A stretch of DNA of 64,000 bases from Chloropicon primus (GCA_023205875.1 CP060754.1:1054001-1118000), one strand, 5' to 3'. Numbered from the stretch's first letter, positions 10,160-21,465 are shown. Notes: generated by a model from the letters alone, not told the origin. Program-made: numbers and translations.

Positions 10160-13100
10160 ATGCAAACAGCGGCGACACCTCTGAAGGCAGCCGCGAATCT
10201 GTTGCGTTGGGGGTTTGGCTTGGGAAGGAGTCCAACGAACAGGACGGAAGCGCCGCCAAAGGAAAAAGAAAGCCCTCCTCCTCCTGGTGTGGTTTCTCCC
10301 TCGTTTGAGGGGAGGGGGGAGGGGAAGGAGGGGGACAAGGGGGGGAGCCCCTTGGCGGAGGAGCCGGCGGCTTACGACCTGGCGGGGAGGAGGAAGAGTC
10401 TCCCCGCTTTCGGGGGAGCGGAGCACCAGCCTCCTCCTCCTTCCTTTACGGACAAGCTCGGTCTCGCGGGAGGCGCTCAGCCTGTGGGCGGTGGGGGCCA
10501 GGCCGCGAAGCTCCAGGCGCCGGTGCCGGATGCCCGAGACATGATGTCGCCTTACCAGAGGAGGAAGACCATCTCTGGGAGCGAGTTCAACCTTCATGGC
10601 CAGCCAAGCGCGCGGCGATCAGAGTCCAGGGAAGCCGGGTATCTCGGCAGCGACTACTCGCATGCTGTGAACAACTCGGTGCCAAGAAACCCTTACGAGA
10701 ACGTTAAGGCGATTCTGAGGCAGGGGAGGGAGCACAGGAGCAGCTCCGTCGTCGACAGATACTACAGCCAGCAGAGGCAGTACGCGGACCAGTACCAGTC
10801 GTACGCAGGCGAGTCGAGGAGAAGCTCCATGGGCCACCAGGGAACACCCACGGCCGCGAGGAGCTACGGGTATGGGATGGAAAGAGGTGCTACCCCTGCG
10901 AGCACGTCTGCCATGAGAGTGTTCATGGGACACTCTTTGACCCCTCCCGAAGAGCCGTTTGACGCCCCCTCTCACGCCAACGGAGAGAGAGGGATGATGA
11001 TGCTGGCGCAAGGCAGGGCATCCAACGGGGGTGAGATCGCCGCCATGGGCCAGGAGGAGAGGCGGACGAGCGGCGAGGGAAACAGGACTTCTCCAGTTCA
11101 TGCGTTCAAGAGGAGGTCCAGCTGGACACCAATGAGACCGAGCAGTACGGCGTCCAGGCTGAAGACGCTGAAGAGGTCCTTCGTGTCTTCGCAGAGCCAG
11201 CAAGAGCAAGAAGGAAGCAACTTGGACAACGAGTTCAAGTCCCCAACGAAGAGGATGAGGGCTTCTCCTATGCCTGTCTTCACCAGGAGCAACCTCGTGA
11301 CTCCGGGAGATAGACTGAGACGTGAGAGCCAGGACTCTCTCAAGGCAAAGACGCCGAAGTCTGCTCAGCTGACCACAGAGACCGCGAAGAGGATTCTGTC
11401 TACATTGGATTCTTTGACGTCTCCCGGCAGTGGGAAGAAGGAAGAGAGCGCCATCCCCCAGAAGCTGAAGTTCAACTTGCCTGAAGCAGACTTGGGAAGT
11501 CTGTCTCCGCCTCCAGTGGACAGCTTGCGGCACTTCTCTCAGCCAAAGCAGGAAAAGAAGAAGGAGACCTCAAGCACGGCTTCGCCTGCAAGCAAGGCTA
11601 CGGCTACGAGCGGAAAGAAGTGGCCTGCATCATTTTTGGCGAAAAACAAAGCCATGGGCGATAAAGCGGTCGAAAGCGTCGAAAAGGAAATCGAGGCGGC
11701 CAAGGGTGGATTGCCGAAGGACTCCACTCCATCCAAGAAGGCCCCAACATTCACTTTTGGTGATCAGACCAAAACTGTTGGGCATGTGCACGCGCCCCCA
11801 AGCCCAGTATTTGGGCTGCAAGGTGCAGGTGGGATCGGAAAGGAAGCGAAGAAATCCGGCTTCCAATTCAACTTTGGGTCGGGCGCCCCAGAAACGACGG
11901 CCTTCACGTTTGGAGGAGCAGCAAAGCCGGCACCTAAGGGAGCAAACAAGGAGCGTACGTATTCCTTTGGTGACAGCAAGTTGAGCGAGAACGAGAAGGC
12001 ATTTGCAGAGGCGATCGAAGGTGGAAACGGAGGCGTTCTTCAGTCCAACAGGAGCTTCTCCTTTGGAGAGACCAAGGGCGTCTCAGAGGACGGGAACAGG
12101 ACAAGTTCTGACTTGCTTAAGGAAGCAAACAAGAAGGCTGTTGCGGCAGCGTCCGTGCCCTTGCCCGCTGATGGGCAGGAGGACACGGCTATCGGAGGGT
12201 CTCCCACGCCTGCAACACCAGCAGTAAAGGCTTGGCCGGCTTCATTCTTGGCCAAGAACAAGAAGGACAATGACAGCGCAGTTGCAGCTGTTGCGGAAGA
12301 AATCGAGAAGGCCAAGAACCCAGCTCCAGCAGTGTCTCTGGCAAAGCCTGGGGCTCCGACCTTCACCTTTGGAAGCGCCCCAAGCAAGGATGATGCTGAG
12401 AAGGATGCAGAGAAGCCAAAGTTCACTTTTGGAGCTGCACCCCTTGGGGGTGACAATGACACGAAGAAGACGGATCTCTTCTCCTTCGGGTCAACTCCCA
12501 AGGCATCCACCCCGGCGTCTGACAAAAAGTTGCCCTCCTTTTCATTCGGGGCCACTGCTACGGACAAAGAGGCTGAGAAGCCGAAAGAGCAGAGCACATT
12601 CAAAGCGGGAAACTTTGCTTTTGGAGCCTCGAGTAGCAGCATTGCAGCCTCGAGCACCCCAAGCTTTGTGTTTGGGAAGCAAGGAAATGATGATTCGGCG
12701 CCTTTGAATAAGCAAAAGCGCAAGGCCGAGGACGATGCCCCTGCAGCGAAGAAGCCTTTTGCTTTTGGGTCCACAGATTCGCCAGCGATTACGAAGCCAA
12801 AGGAATCCGTTCCAAGCGCCGGGGCCGCCAACCTCTCTTCCCCATTTGCCTTTGGAAGCAGTACCCCTGCGAAGCAGACTCCGTTTGGGTTCCCACCGGC
12901 AGCGAGCACGGAAAAGAAGGAAGAGGAGAAGGAGGAGCCATTCTCCAAACCCAAAAGCAGTGCTCCTGTTTTTGCATTTGGAGCTAGTGCGTCACAGCCT
13001 AGCCAGGCTTCTTTTGCTTCTCCGTCTCCATCTCCATTTGGCAAGCCTGCGGACGCGAAGGAGAAGCCAGCGGAGCCAGCGGCACCCTCGCCGTTTTCTT

Positions 13101-14035
13101 TCACTGCTTCTGCATCAAGTGCACAGGCAACAAAGGCTGCGGAGGCCCCTGCGCTTGGGGGCTTTTCCTCTGCTTCATCGGGCGGTGCTTTCCAGTTTGG
13201 GGCAACGAGCACTCCTCAGTTCAGCGCAGGACCACAAAGCACTTCTGGAAGCACAGATGCGCCCTTTGCATTTGGGTCCACCGCGACGGCAGACAAGAAG
13301 GAATCGAATCAGCCTAGCTTCAGCTTCGGGGCTGGTGCGCCGTCTCCTTTCGGTTCACAGTCTCAAGCTGCCCCGCCCACGCCGAGTGCCTTTGGTGGTA
13401 GCAATCTGAGCAGCAGTGCCCCTGCCTTTGCCTTTGGAAGCAGCAAACCTTCTGAGAGCAAGCCAGACGCCCCATTTGGATCTCCCGGTGGTTTTGGCTC
13501 TTCGGGGCCGGCACCTGCCTCTACGCCATCATTTGGTGGTTTTGGGTCTTCTGGCCCTTCTGCTGGTGCATTTGGAACCCCTGCCCCAGCAAGCACCACA
13601 GCTGCACAGAGCCCATTCACTTTTGGAGCATCTCAGCCAGCCACCCAAGCTGTGACTCCGGCTTTCGGCTCGGTCGCATCTGCACCTGCTTTTGGTTCAG
13701 GGGCGCCCGCGCCTGCTTTCGGAAGCAGTGGTGGTGCACAGCCCGCGGGTTTCGGGGCACCGCCATCTCCTGCAAGCGGAGGATTTGGGTTTGGGGCGTC
13801 GCAGCCTCAGCCTGCATTTGGGGGCCCGGCAGCTTCGCCAGCACCAGCACCTGCATTTGGCGCTCAGATGCCTGCGCAACAGAGCACGGCGTTTGGGGGC
13901 TTCCAAAGCCCCATGCCAAATGCGGGAGGTCAAGGCGGCGCACCGGGAGGGTTTTCCATGGGCATCAGCTCCAACGCGACACCCCAAAGCGGGAGAAGGA
14001 AGGTGAAAGCCAAACCGTCCTGGCGCAAAAAGTGA
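10160..14035 (+). CDS. Nuclear-basket FG-nucleoporin (NUP1/NUP136/Nup153-like)
   Basis: Many FxFG/PAFG repeats in the C-terminal half, TAKRILSTLD motif, basic C-terminal GRRKVKAK. Start uncertain (ATG 10097 or 10160). Confidence 0.8.
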   Translation: MQTAATPLKAAANLLRWGFGLGRSPTNRTEAPPKEKESPPPPGVVSPSFEGRGEGKEGDKGGSPLAEEPAAYDLAGRRKSLPAFGGAEHQPPPPSFTDKLGLAGGAQPVGGGGQAAKLQAPVPDARDMMSPYQRRKTISGSEFNLHGQPSARRSESREAGYLGSDYSHAVNNSVPRNPYENVKAILRQGREHRSSSVVDRYYSQQRQYADQYQSYAGESRRSSMGHQGTPTAARSYGYGMERGATPASTSAMRVFMGHSLTPPEEPFDAPSHANGERGMMMLAQGRASNGGEIAAMGQEERRTSGEGNRTSPVHAFKRRSSWTPMRPSSTASRLKTLKRSFVSSQSQQEQEGSNLDNEFKSPTKRMRASPMPVFTRSNLVTPGDRLRRESQDSLKAKTPKSAQLTTETAKRILSTLDSLTSPGSGKKEESAIPQKLKFNLPEADLGSLSPPPVDSLRHFSQPKQEKKKETSSTASPASKATATSGKKWPASFLAKNKAMGDKAVESVEKEIEAAKGGLPKDSTPSKKAPTFTFGDQTKTVGHVHAPPSPVFGLQGAGGIGKEAKKSGFQFNFGSGAPETTAFTFGGAAKPAPKGANKERTYSFGDSKLSENEKAFAEAIEGGNGGVLQSNRSFSFGETKGVSEDGNRTSSDLLKEANKKAVAAASVPLPADGQEDTAIGGSPTPATPAVKAWPASFLAKNKKDNDSAVAAVAEEIEKAKNPAPAVSLAKPGAPTFTFGSAPSKDDAEKDAEKPKFTFGAAPLGGDNDTKKTDLFSFGSTPKASTPASDKKLPSFSFGATATDKEAEKPKEQSTFKAGNFAFGASSSSIAASSTPSFVFGKQGNDDSAPLNKQKRKAEDDAPAAKKPFAFGSTDSPAITKPKESVPSAGAANLSSPFAFGSSTPAKQTPFGFPPAASTEKKEEEKEEPFSKPKSSAPVFAFGASASQPSQASFASPSPSPFGKPADAKEKPAEPAAPSPFSFTASASSAQATKAAEAPALGGFSSASSGGAFQFGATSTPQFSAGPQSTSGSTDAPFAFGSTATADKKESNQPSFSFGAGAPSPFGSQSQAAPPTPSAFGGSNLSSSAPAFAFGSSKPSESKPDAPFGSPGGFGSSGPAPASTPSFGGFGSSGPSAGAFGTPAPASTTAAQSPFTFGASQPATQAVTPAFGSVASAPAFGSGAPAPAFGSSGGAQPAGFGAPPSPASGGFGFGASQPQPAFGGPAASPAPAPAFGAQMPAQQSTAFGGFQSPMPNAGGQGGAPGGFSMGISSNATPQSGRRKVKAKPSWRKK

Positions 14036-14118
14036 GAAGAGGATTGTATCTATAACTGCCACAAAGGAGTCGTCGTTTAGATAAATGAAACTTTTAACCG
14101 GTGGAAATATATTGGTTT

Positions 14119-17100
14119 TTAATTGTGGTCAAAATATCGATGGAAAGCCAATGTTTCCGGCACTGTCTCCTGTGCCGTCACGCTTGGCCCTACTTGTTTT
14201 GCTTTTCCCGCGCCCACCTTTTCTGAGTCTGAAACGAAGGCGTAGTCGTGGAACGGATTCTTCCCGCGACAAGCAGCCGAGGTTTTTCTTTGGTCTTTGC
14301 TGTTATCGGAAGCATTCATCGCCTCAGGGGCACGTACTGATTCAGGCTCTGCGAGAGAGAAAAGCCGAGCCAAAGTGCTCATCTGCGAATCTGGTGCTGA
14401 CTGCGTCACTGCCACGGTGTTGGCATCTGCTGCTGGGAGCAAATGGTCACCGCGGCCCCCTTGGTGATCGTTGACAAACTCTTGAGCGATCCCCACCTCA
14501 CCGTCCGCGTGTGCCAGTTCTGATTTCCTTGTCTGCTTTGGGGCCTCGTCATTCCAAAGAGCTTTGACAGGGCAGGGAATGGAACGCGGTGTGGCCCGAT
14601 CTTCGCGTTGATCTTGGGTACACACGTCTGACCTCACGTAATCGCCCCCAGAGAAAATGCTTTGAACCATGCTCAAGTCTATCTCTGGGTAGTAAGACCT
14701 GTCTCTGGACAGTGCACCGCTTTTCCCGATCGGCGTCGGCGCGCTCTCAAGATAACCATCGTTCGTGAGATCACTGGCTGCTGAAACCTTGGGCTTCTTC
14801 TTCTCCGCCACCCCTTTGCTGCCCCAATCTTGCACGCCAGTAGTTGGTGCGGGAGGACGCTTCCTGGATTCATTATCGGGCGATGCCACCTTTTTCACTT
14901 TGTCTGCCATCGCAGGCCTTGTGGACGCTTGTTTAGGCGCTCTTCTAATAGGATAGTGATCCTTCAAAAGAGCAGAACCTCTTTCAGGTTGGATTTGGAT
15001 GTCCTTGTGCGTGTCCCTGCCAAAATACTGCGAGGCGATGCACGCGGCCACGTAAGAGCAAGGTTCCTTGCTCTTGGCAATCGAGACTCCAGTAGTGTAC
15101 GGGAAAGGGGTCTCATCCAGTTTTATGCTCTCTGAGAAGACAATTTCGTCGGACTGCGTACACCCAACCAGTATCCAAGCTTGATTTGTAGTGTTGCTCT
15201 TGTAGTCCTCCTCACCTGCAAGAGACAAGACCACTTGCAGTTCTGTCCCGCTCAGCTGCAGCGCGAGATGCAGTTTTGGAGGAAGCTTCTTGAGCTCCGA
15301 CTTGATCTTGGACCCAAATGGGTATTTCTGAAGAGCAGCGCTCTCGATGCTTAGAACTGTTGCCTTCTCCAAGTCGTCCAGCGTTGATAGCCCTGCCTTG
15401 GTGAGGCGGTTTGCGATCACCTGGCCCACACCGGCCATTTGCCTGCAGTGCTGATCGGAATCAGGCCACATCCTTTGCTTCAAAGACTTTGATAAAAGCA
15501 AGCAGTTCGCTGTGGCAGCAAACTGCTTCGTGTGGAGAAAATACTGAGCAGCAGCTCCAGCAATTCTAGGCCCCGTCCTCAGAAATTCCTCCCTCTCGCA
15601 CCTCAGACCGTGGTCCAAAGTAGAGTTGGCCTGGGAAATGCTGAGAGCCTCTTGAATGAGCAGGAAAACTTTCTGACACGGCGTCTTCAGCGATTTCAGG
15701 GGCTTGGCAGGCTTGCCTTGCTGGGGAACGAAGTACTTCAGCCCCCCCTTGGTGTTGAGAGCATTGAGCGTGCGCCTTTCTGCCCTCCTTATGATGGTCT
15801 GATTGAATTCGCTGCTCGCGGCGATCAGCCAGAGAGATCCTTCTAGGGAAAGGTGTTCCTTGCACTTCTGGAAGTTCTTCAGGGTATCCAGCTTCAGGTA
15901 GTAGTGCGAGAGGATCCTTCCGGGCTCCAATTGCTCGACCCTACCCGTCTCCACGTCAATGCTGACCATCTCCAGCGACTTCAAGTCCTCGATCGCTCGT
16001 TTGCACATTTCCCTGAGCAGTTCGCCCGGCCCCATGGCTGGCAACTTCATCTGATTCGCGTAGTACCTCGGCTTCACAAAGATTCTCACGCCAAGAAAAG
16101 TGCTCCTCAGCCACTCCTCGCAGTCCTCGATCGACCTTACGGTGAGGAGGCCCACCTCATTGTTCAGGTGCTCCCGTATCGAAGGCCAGAGATTGCTCTC
16201 GATTTCTTCAAGCCCTTCCATGATGTTCCTGTACCTGTGGACCTTTGATCTCTCTGTCATGATAACGCACTGGCCCTCGGTCTCAAACTGTGGCCTGCCT
16301 GCTCTCCCGGCCATCTGCAAGCAGAGCGATTTGTCGTACTCTTCGTAACAAGAAGCCTTGGAACTCCAATACCTTGTTGACTTCAAAACCACAAGGAACG
16401 CTGGGAGGTTCACACCGTACGCCAGCGTGCTCGTCGAGCAAAGTACGATGATTTGCCTCGACAGGAAGAGCTCCTCCACTATCTTCTTGTCATTCATTCC
16501 TAAGGCGGCGTGGTGGAAAGCGATCCCTTTTCTGACAAGGGACTTCAGCTTTGCATTCTCAAGCAACTCCGCCTGGTGAAGGAGGGTCTCCGCTTGTGAC
16601 TGGTCCAGCAGAAAGTGACTTCGCGCCTTGTCGAATATGGTGCTCGCGCAGTTGGCGGCGTCTTGCCTGGACGCGCAGAAAACGATGGATGACTTTCCCC
16701 TCCCGTATCTGCACAAGACGTCGTAGACATACAAGTTCAGGTTCTTCTCGAACATGAAGTTGTTCTTGCACGGCTGGTACCCAAGAACCGTCGTTCTTAA
16801 CTTCACTGGCCTCATCTCGTCCCCGTAGGACTTCACGGCTTCCGGGGGGCATTGGAGCCACCTGCCAATATCGCCGATGTTCGGCACGGTCGCGGACACC
16901 GCGACGTACCTGATTCTCGATATCGGGAGGTTGGAGGACATCATCTCTGGGATTTGCGAGACGAGCTTCAGCCGGGAAACGATCGCTTCGAGCGTGCTTC
17001 CCCTCTCGTCGTTCAGAATGTGAACCTCGTCGATCAGAACAAGAGCGATGTCCGCGAGGAAGCTCATGAGGAGGTTCTTCCTCTTTCTTGTGATCGCGTC

Positions 17101-17532
17101 AAACTTCTCCGGGGTGGTCAGGATGATGTCCGCCCCTCGAATTTCCTTTCCCACGTCCAAGACTTCCGCTCGTGTCAGGGACACGGCCTTCAGCCCGAGC
17201 CCCCCAAAGTTTTGCTGCCAGTCCACATGCTTCTCGTGGACCAGGGCGTGCGTCGGTGCCAGGTAAATGATCTTCACACACCCCGGGTTGGTTGGGGGCC
17301 CGCCGCCCGGCCTTTGCGTCATCAAGACTCGGGTCATCGCCAGCTCCATGAGGACTGTCTTCCCCGACCCCGTCGGGGAGCCTATGACCATGTTCTCGTC
17401 AGTCTTAAACAGTTGGTGGAAGCACTCGGACTGGATCCAGTTGAAGTACTGAAACCTTCCTTGGAAGACCTCTCGGTACTCCTCAGGGACGTCCGAAACC
17501 GAATAAAGCTGGTCCGCCTCGGTCACGCTCAT
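14119..17532 (-). CDS. MER3: Meiotic DExH-box DNA helicase MER3/HFM1
   Basis: SPTGSGKT, TTPEKFD, DEVH, SAT, YGDEMRPVKL, NNFMFEKNL and QMAGRAGRPQFE motifs, plus a Sec63-like region. Confidence 0.88.
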   Translation of the reverse strand: MSVTEADQLYSVSDVPEEYREVFQGRFQYFNWIQSECFHQLFKTDENMVIGSPTGSGKTVLMELAMTRVLMTQRPGGGPPTNPGCVKIIYLAPTHALVHEKHVDWQQNFGGLGLKAVSLTRAEVLDVGKEIRGADIILTTPEKFDAITRKRKNLLMSFLADIALVLIDEVHILNDERGSTLEAIVSRLKLVSQIPEMMSSNLPISRIRYVAVSATVPNIGDIGRWLQCPPEAVKSYGDEMRPVKLRTTVLGYQPCKNNFMFEKNLNLYVYDVLCRYGRGKSSIVFCASRQDAANCASTIFDKARSHFLLDQSQAETLLHQAELLENAKLKSLVRKGIAFHHAALGMNDKKIVEELFLSRQIIVLCSTSTLAYGVNLPAFLVVLKSTRYWSSKASCYEEYDKSLCLQMAGRAGRPQFETEGQCVIMTERSKVHRYRNIMEGLEEIESNLWPSIREHLNNEVGLLTVRSIEDCEEWLRSTFLGVRIFVKPRYYANQMKLPAMGPGELLREMCKRAIEDLKSLEMVSIDVETGRVEQLEPGRILSHYYLKLDTLKNFQKCKEHLSLEGSLWLIAASSEFNQTIIRRAERRTLNALNTKGGLKYFVPQQGKPAKPLKSLKTPCQKVFLLIQEALSISQANSTLDHGLRCEREEFLRTGPRIAGAAAQYFLHTKQFAATANCLLLSKSLKQRMWPDSDQHCRQMAGVGQVIANRLTKAGLSTLDDLEKATVLSIESAALQKYPFGSKIKSELKKLPPKLHLALQLSGTELQVVLSLAGEEDYKSNTTNQAWILVGCTQSDEIVFSESIKLDETPFPYTTGVSIAKSKEPCSYVAACIASQYFGRDTHKDIQIQPERGSALLKDHYPIRRAPKQASTRPAMADKVKKVASPDNESRKRPPAPTTGVQDWGSKGVAEKKKPKVSAASDLTNDGYLESAPTPIGKSGALSRDRSYYPEIDLSMVQSIFSGGDYVRSDVCTQDQREDRATPRSIPCPVKALWNDEAPKQTRKSELAHADGEVGIAQEFVNDHQGGRGDHLLPAADANTVAVTQSAPDSQMSTLARLFSLAEPESVRAPEAMNASDNSKDQRKTSAACRGKNPFHDYAFVSDSEKVGAGKAKQVGPSVTAQETVPETLAFHRYFDHN

Positions 17533-18070
17533 CCCGTCCGGCGCGCACCAGCTTCTTCTCCGTCCTTCCCTCCACCTCCCTCCCCCCCCCGCGATCGATC
17601 AATCGATCGATCGCCAGAGGAAGGTGTCTCCGAGCTCCCACTCAAGCTCGCCGCGTGAACGAAGCACGCGATCGAATCCCCTGCGCCGCAGCCGTCGTCC
17701 TCTCCCTCCCCCTTCCTTCCGATCGATCGCCCCTCTCTTCTACTACCAATCCGATCGATCGCCCCGCTCTTTCGCGTCCTCCAATCCTTCGCTTCGAGCG
17801 AGGGCTCTTTCGAGACAGCAAGAGAAGACGACGATGCTTCCGCCAGTTGCTCCCTCCGCCCACCTCCGCCCCCGCACTCCCGTCCCTCTCCAGTTCTCCC
17901 CCTTCCCTCCGATCGCAGAAGCGTTATGCCTTGCTCCCCTCAGCCCTCAGCTTTACGATGATCGATCAAATTCAACTTTGGCTTTCCCGACGACGAGAGA
18001 GGGACCAAGAGCGTCCTGAGTTGTCCTGAGGCCGGGAGCGGGTCAGAGAGCGCGGGACAACACCCATGAA

Positions 18071-18203
18071 GTGAGTCACGGCCCCCTTGTGTGCCTGGCT
18101 TTTGAACGAAACCTTTCACTCGTTCATTCGTTCGTTCGTTTCGTGGGTTTGTTGTGGAGAAAAGATTTTGTTTGTTTGACTTTGCCTCCTCCTGTGGTGC
18201 CAG
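18071..18203 (+). other. Probable 5'UTR intron of the ankyrin gene
   Basis: GTGAGT donor, TTTGAC branch-like site near 18175, T-rich tract, CAG acceptor. Confidence 0.5.
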
Positions 18204-18240
18204 AGCAAGGGGTGAAGGGGACTGACGAGGGCGAGGAAAG

Positions 18241-20088
18241 ATGGCGCCTTCGTCGGAGTCCGCGATGGGGAATGGGCAGGGCGAGCACTCGGCGGAAGCG
18301 AATTACTTGAACTCGAAGTTCAAGCAAGCGGCGAGGCGAGGAAACGTCAAGCTCCTGGAGGAACTGAAGGACAAGGGTGCGGAGGTGGACCACTCGGATA
18401 GCACGACTGCCCTGATATGCGCCGTGCAGTCGGAGGACTACGAGTGCTTCAAGTACCTCGTGGGCAGCTGCGGTGCGGACGTGAACGTGTCGAACAGCAG
18501 CGGGGAGACGGCGCTGCACTACGCTTGCTTTCTTGGTCAATCGGAGATGGTGAACTTGCTGCTCGAGAGGAAGGTGGACGTCCACGCGGTCTCGAAGAGC
18601 AACAGCTCTGCGTTCAACTACAGCATGTTCTCCAGCAATCCCGAGGTAGCGCTGAGGCTGCTGGAGGAGGGCGGATCGAACAAGAACGAGGGAAGCCTCG
18701 CCTTTGCTCTTTTGAACGAGCACGACAAGCCCACGATTCTGGCAGCTCTGCTGAAGAAGGGCGGGGCCAAGTCGTTCCACGACGAGCACGGGAACACCCT
18801 CGCGCACAAGGTGGTCCAATCCGAGAGAATGAAGAGCGCGGACTTGCTCCTGACGGCCATGCCTGAGCTCTTCGACGTGGCCAACGCGGAGGGCCAGCTT
18901 CCCTTGCATATGGCCTCCCTCCTTGGAAACATCCGGCTCGTGGAGAAGATACTCTTGGGTCGACGGAAGGAGATGGAGCACCAGCTCTTCTCCGTGGACG
19001 CCCAAGGGAGGTCCGTCGTCCACTACGCGGCGGCCTCGAAGAGGTCAGAGGCTTTGGCGCTCCTGGCGGAAGCCGGTGCGGGGCTCGAAGCGGAGGACAA
19101 GAACGGGGTAAGCGCCCTCACCTTGGCCTGCGTGACGGGAACGGCGGCGAACGTGAAGCTTCTCCTCGGGGCGAGCGAGGACCACCTGGAGAAGCACAGC
19201 CTGGAAGCGCTGAACGCGGCGGTGCACAACCAGAACTTGGAGGCGGTCGTGGCGCTCTGCCGCAACAGCACCGTTGTGCAGTGGGGCCTGAAAGGCTTGC
19301 CGCCCTCTCCGGACAGGTCCCCCTTCCTTCTGGCGGGCTACTACGGCGACGCTTCGATGATCGAGGCGATGGTCGGCCAGCACGAGGGCCTCCTGGACCA
19401 GCAGGACAGCGGGGGGAAGACCATCCTTCACATCTGCGCCTCGAGGGGCAACCTGGGCGCGCTGAAGTTCCTGTGCTCTGTCCTGCACGAGGACTATCTG
19501 AACATATTCACCAAGCTCGGCAGGAACGCGCTGTGGTATGCGGCATGCGGGGGCCACACGGATTGCGTGAAGCTGCTGCTGGAGCACGGGGTGAACAACG
19601 ACATGGGGGACAACTTGGACATCTCTCCCCTCGCTGCTGCGTGCAAGGAGGGCCACGTCGGAGTTCTGCGCACCTTGGTCGATGCTGGCATGGACATCAA
19701 CACGAAAAACACGGATGGCATGACTCCGCTCATGCAAGCGGCCATTTCCGGCCAGGCCAAGCTCGTGAAGGTTCTCCTCGACCTCGGGGCGGATGTGAAC
19801 CGCCCGGACAAGGCCAAGCTGACGCCTTTGCACCACGCGGCGACGGGCGGGAAGGCTCAGATGTGCACCTTCCTCGTCAAAGCGGGTGCCGACCTAAATG
19901 CCGTTGACAAGAACATGAGGACACCCCTTCACAGCGCTGTATACTATGGACGGACCGTCGTCGCCACCGCCTTGCTGAAACTCGGCGCGAACGTGGGCGC
20001 GGTCGACAAGAGGGACCTCACTTGCAGTGCAGCAGCAGCAAGTGTCGGCCACCATGACCTGGCAAGGCTCCTGGACAAGGGCCTCTAA
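18241..20088 (+). CDS. Ankyrin-repeat protein
   Basis: More than 12 ankyrin repeats (GETALHYAC, GMTPLMQAA, TPLHHAA, RTPLHSAV). TGTAA at 20111. Confidence 0.9.
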   Translation: MAPSSESAMGNGQGEHSAEANYLNSKFKQAARRGNVKLLEELKDKGAEVDHSDSTTALICAVQSEDYECFKYLVGSCGADVNVSNSSGETALHYACFLGQSEMVNLLLERKVDVHAVSKSNSSAFNYSMFSSNPEVALRLLEEGGSNKNEGSLAFALLNEHDKPTILAALLKKGGAKSFHDEHGNTLAHKVVQSERMKSADLLLTAMPELFDVANAEGQLPLHMASLLGNIRLVEKILLGRRKEMEHQLFSVDAQGRSVVHYAAASKRSEALALLAEAGAGLEAEDKNGVSALTLACVTGTAANVKLLLGASEDHLEKHSLEALNAAVHNQNLEAVVALCRNSTVVQWGLKGLPPSPDRSPFLLAGYYGDASMIEAMVGQHEGLLDQQDSGGKTILHICASRGNLGALKFLCSVLHEDYLNIFTKLGRNALWYAACGGHTDCVKLLLEHGVNNDMGDNLDISPLAAACKEGHVGVLRTLVDAGMDINTKNTDGMTPLMQAAISGQAKLVKVLLDLGADVNRPDKAKLTPLHHAATGGKAQMCTFLVKAGADLNAVDKNMRTPLHSAVYYGRTVVATALLKLGANVGAVDKRDLTCSAAAASVGHHDLARLLDKGL

Positions 20089-20251
20089 CCAACACCCTTC
20101 ATTCACCCATTGTAATCCTAAGTTCCAAAACACATCCCCCAGAGTGTCTTCCCCTTCCTCCCCCTTTCTGCCGAGGAGAATCAGAATCGTATTGAAGTGA
20201 GCCTCGGGGAACCCCAAGTGAGGCTCGAAAGGTCGGCGGGGCTTGGGAAAG

Positions 20252-21424
20252 ATGGACAGAGGAGGGCGCGGGGGCTACGGACGCGGCTACGGAGGACCGC
20301 CCCGGGGCGAAGGGGGGGGCTACGGGGGAGGCTATGGCCGCGGGAGGTACGACGGGGGTCGCGGGCGGGGGTACGGGGGCGGAGGTCGAGGCCCTCCCCG
20401 TGGAGGACCAGGGGGTCGTTTCGGTGGCCCACCTCGAGGTGGGAACTTCCACCCCTCTGGCCTGACGCCGAACCTGCTCGCGATGTTCGAGCCTCGCCCG
20501 CCACTCCCGTTCAAGACTCCCCCAAAGGCGTCCAAGCCCAAGCTGCCGTACACGGGCGTCTCGGGCTACGTCAAACACTTTGTTGACCCCAAGGAAGATC
20601 CAGTGGCGCCCAAGCCGGAGCGTGTCCTGAACCGGAAGGAGAGGAAGGTCCTGAAGGAGAAGCAGAGGAGGGAGAAAGCGGAGGAAAAGCTCGCGAGCCA
20701 GCTCGCCGAGTACCAAAAGAGGCGAAGAGTCGAAGAGGAGGAGAGGACGAAGCCTGCGGTGGACACTGAGGGGGCGACGGAGGAGGGCGAGGTCGGGCCG
20801 GACCCAGCTGCCGAGGAGAAGAGGGCCCAGGAGATTGCCGCGATGCCGGATCAGGACAAGACGGCCGATCCCTGGCACACCCTCTTCGTGTCCAACCTCG
20901 ATTACGCGGTGACCGCGGCGGACTTGCAGAAGGTCTTCGCGCAGTACGGGAAGATCGTCGCCATCAAGATTGTTGCGGACAAGTCGGAGGAGGGCGCCCC
21001 GAAGCCCAAGGGTTACGCCTTCATCGAGTACTCCTCCTCGAGGGAGATGAGGGAGGCTTACAAGGACGCCGACGGGGTGGAGATAAGAGGGCGGAAGTGC
21101 ACGGTCGACGTGGAGAGGGGGAGGACGGTGGAAAGCTGGAAGCCCAGGAGGCTCGGGGGCGGGAAGGGCGGGGAGACCAGGAGGTCTCGCCCGAAGAAGA
21201 AGGCAGTCAAGCAGGACTCGAGGCCCGCTCCTCGGGACCAGTTCCGGGGGAGGGGCCCGGGTCCAAGGGAGAGGGGAGGAAGGTCAGATTACGCCGACAG
21301 GGGGCCACCGAGGCACCAGTCCCGGGGGCTAGGATACGGCCGCGACCGCGACCGCGACTGGGGCAGGGACCGTGGCGACAGAGACAGGAAGCGGGACCGG
21401 GACGAGAGAGACGGGAGGGATGGG

Positions 21425-21465
<41 letters not shown>

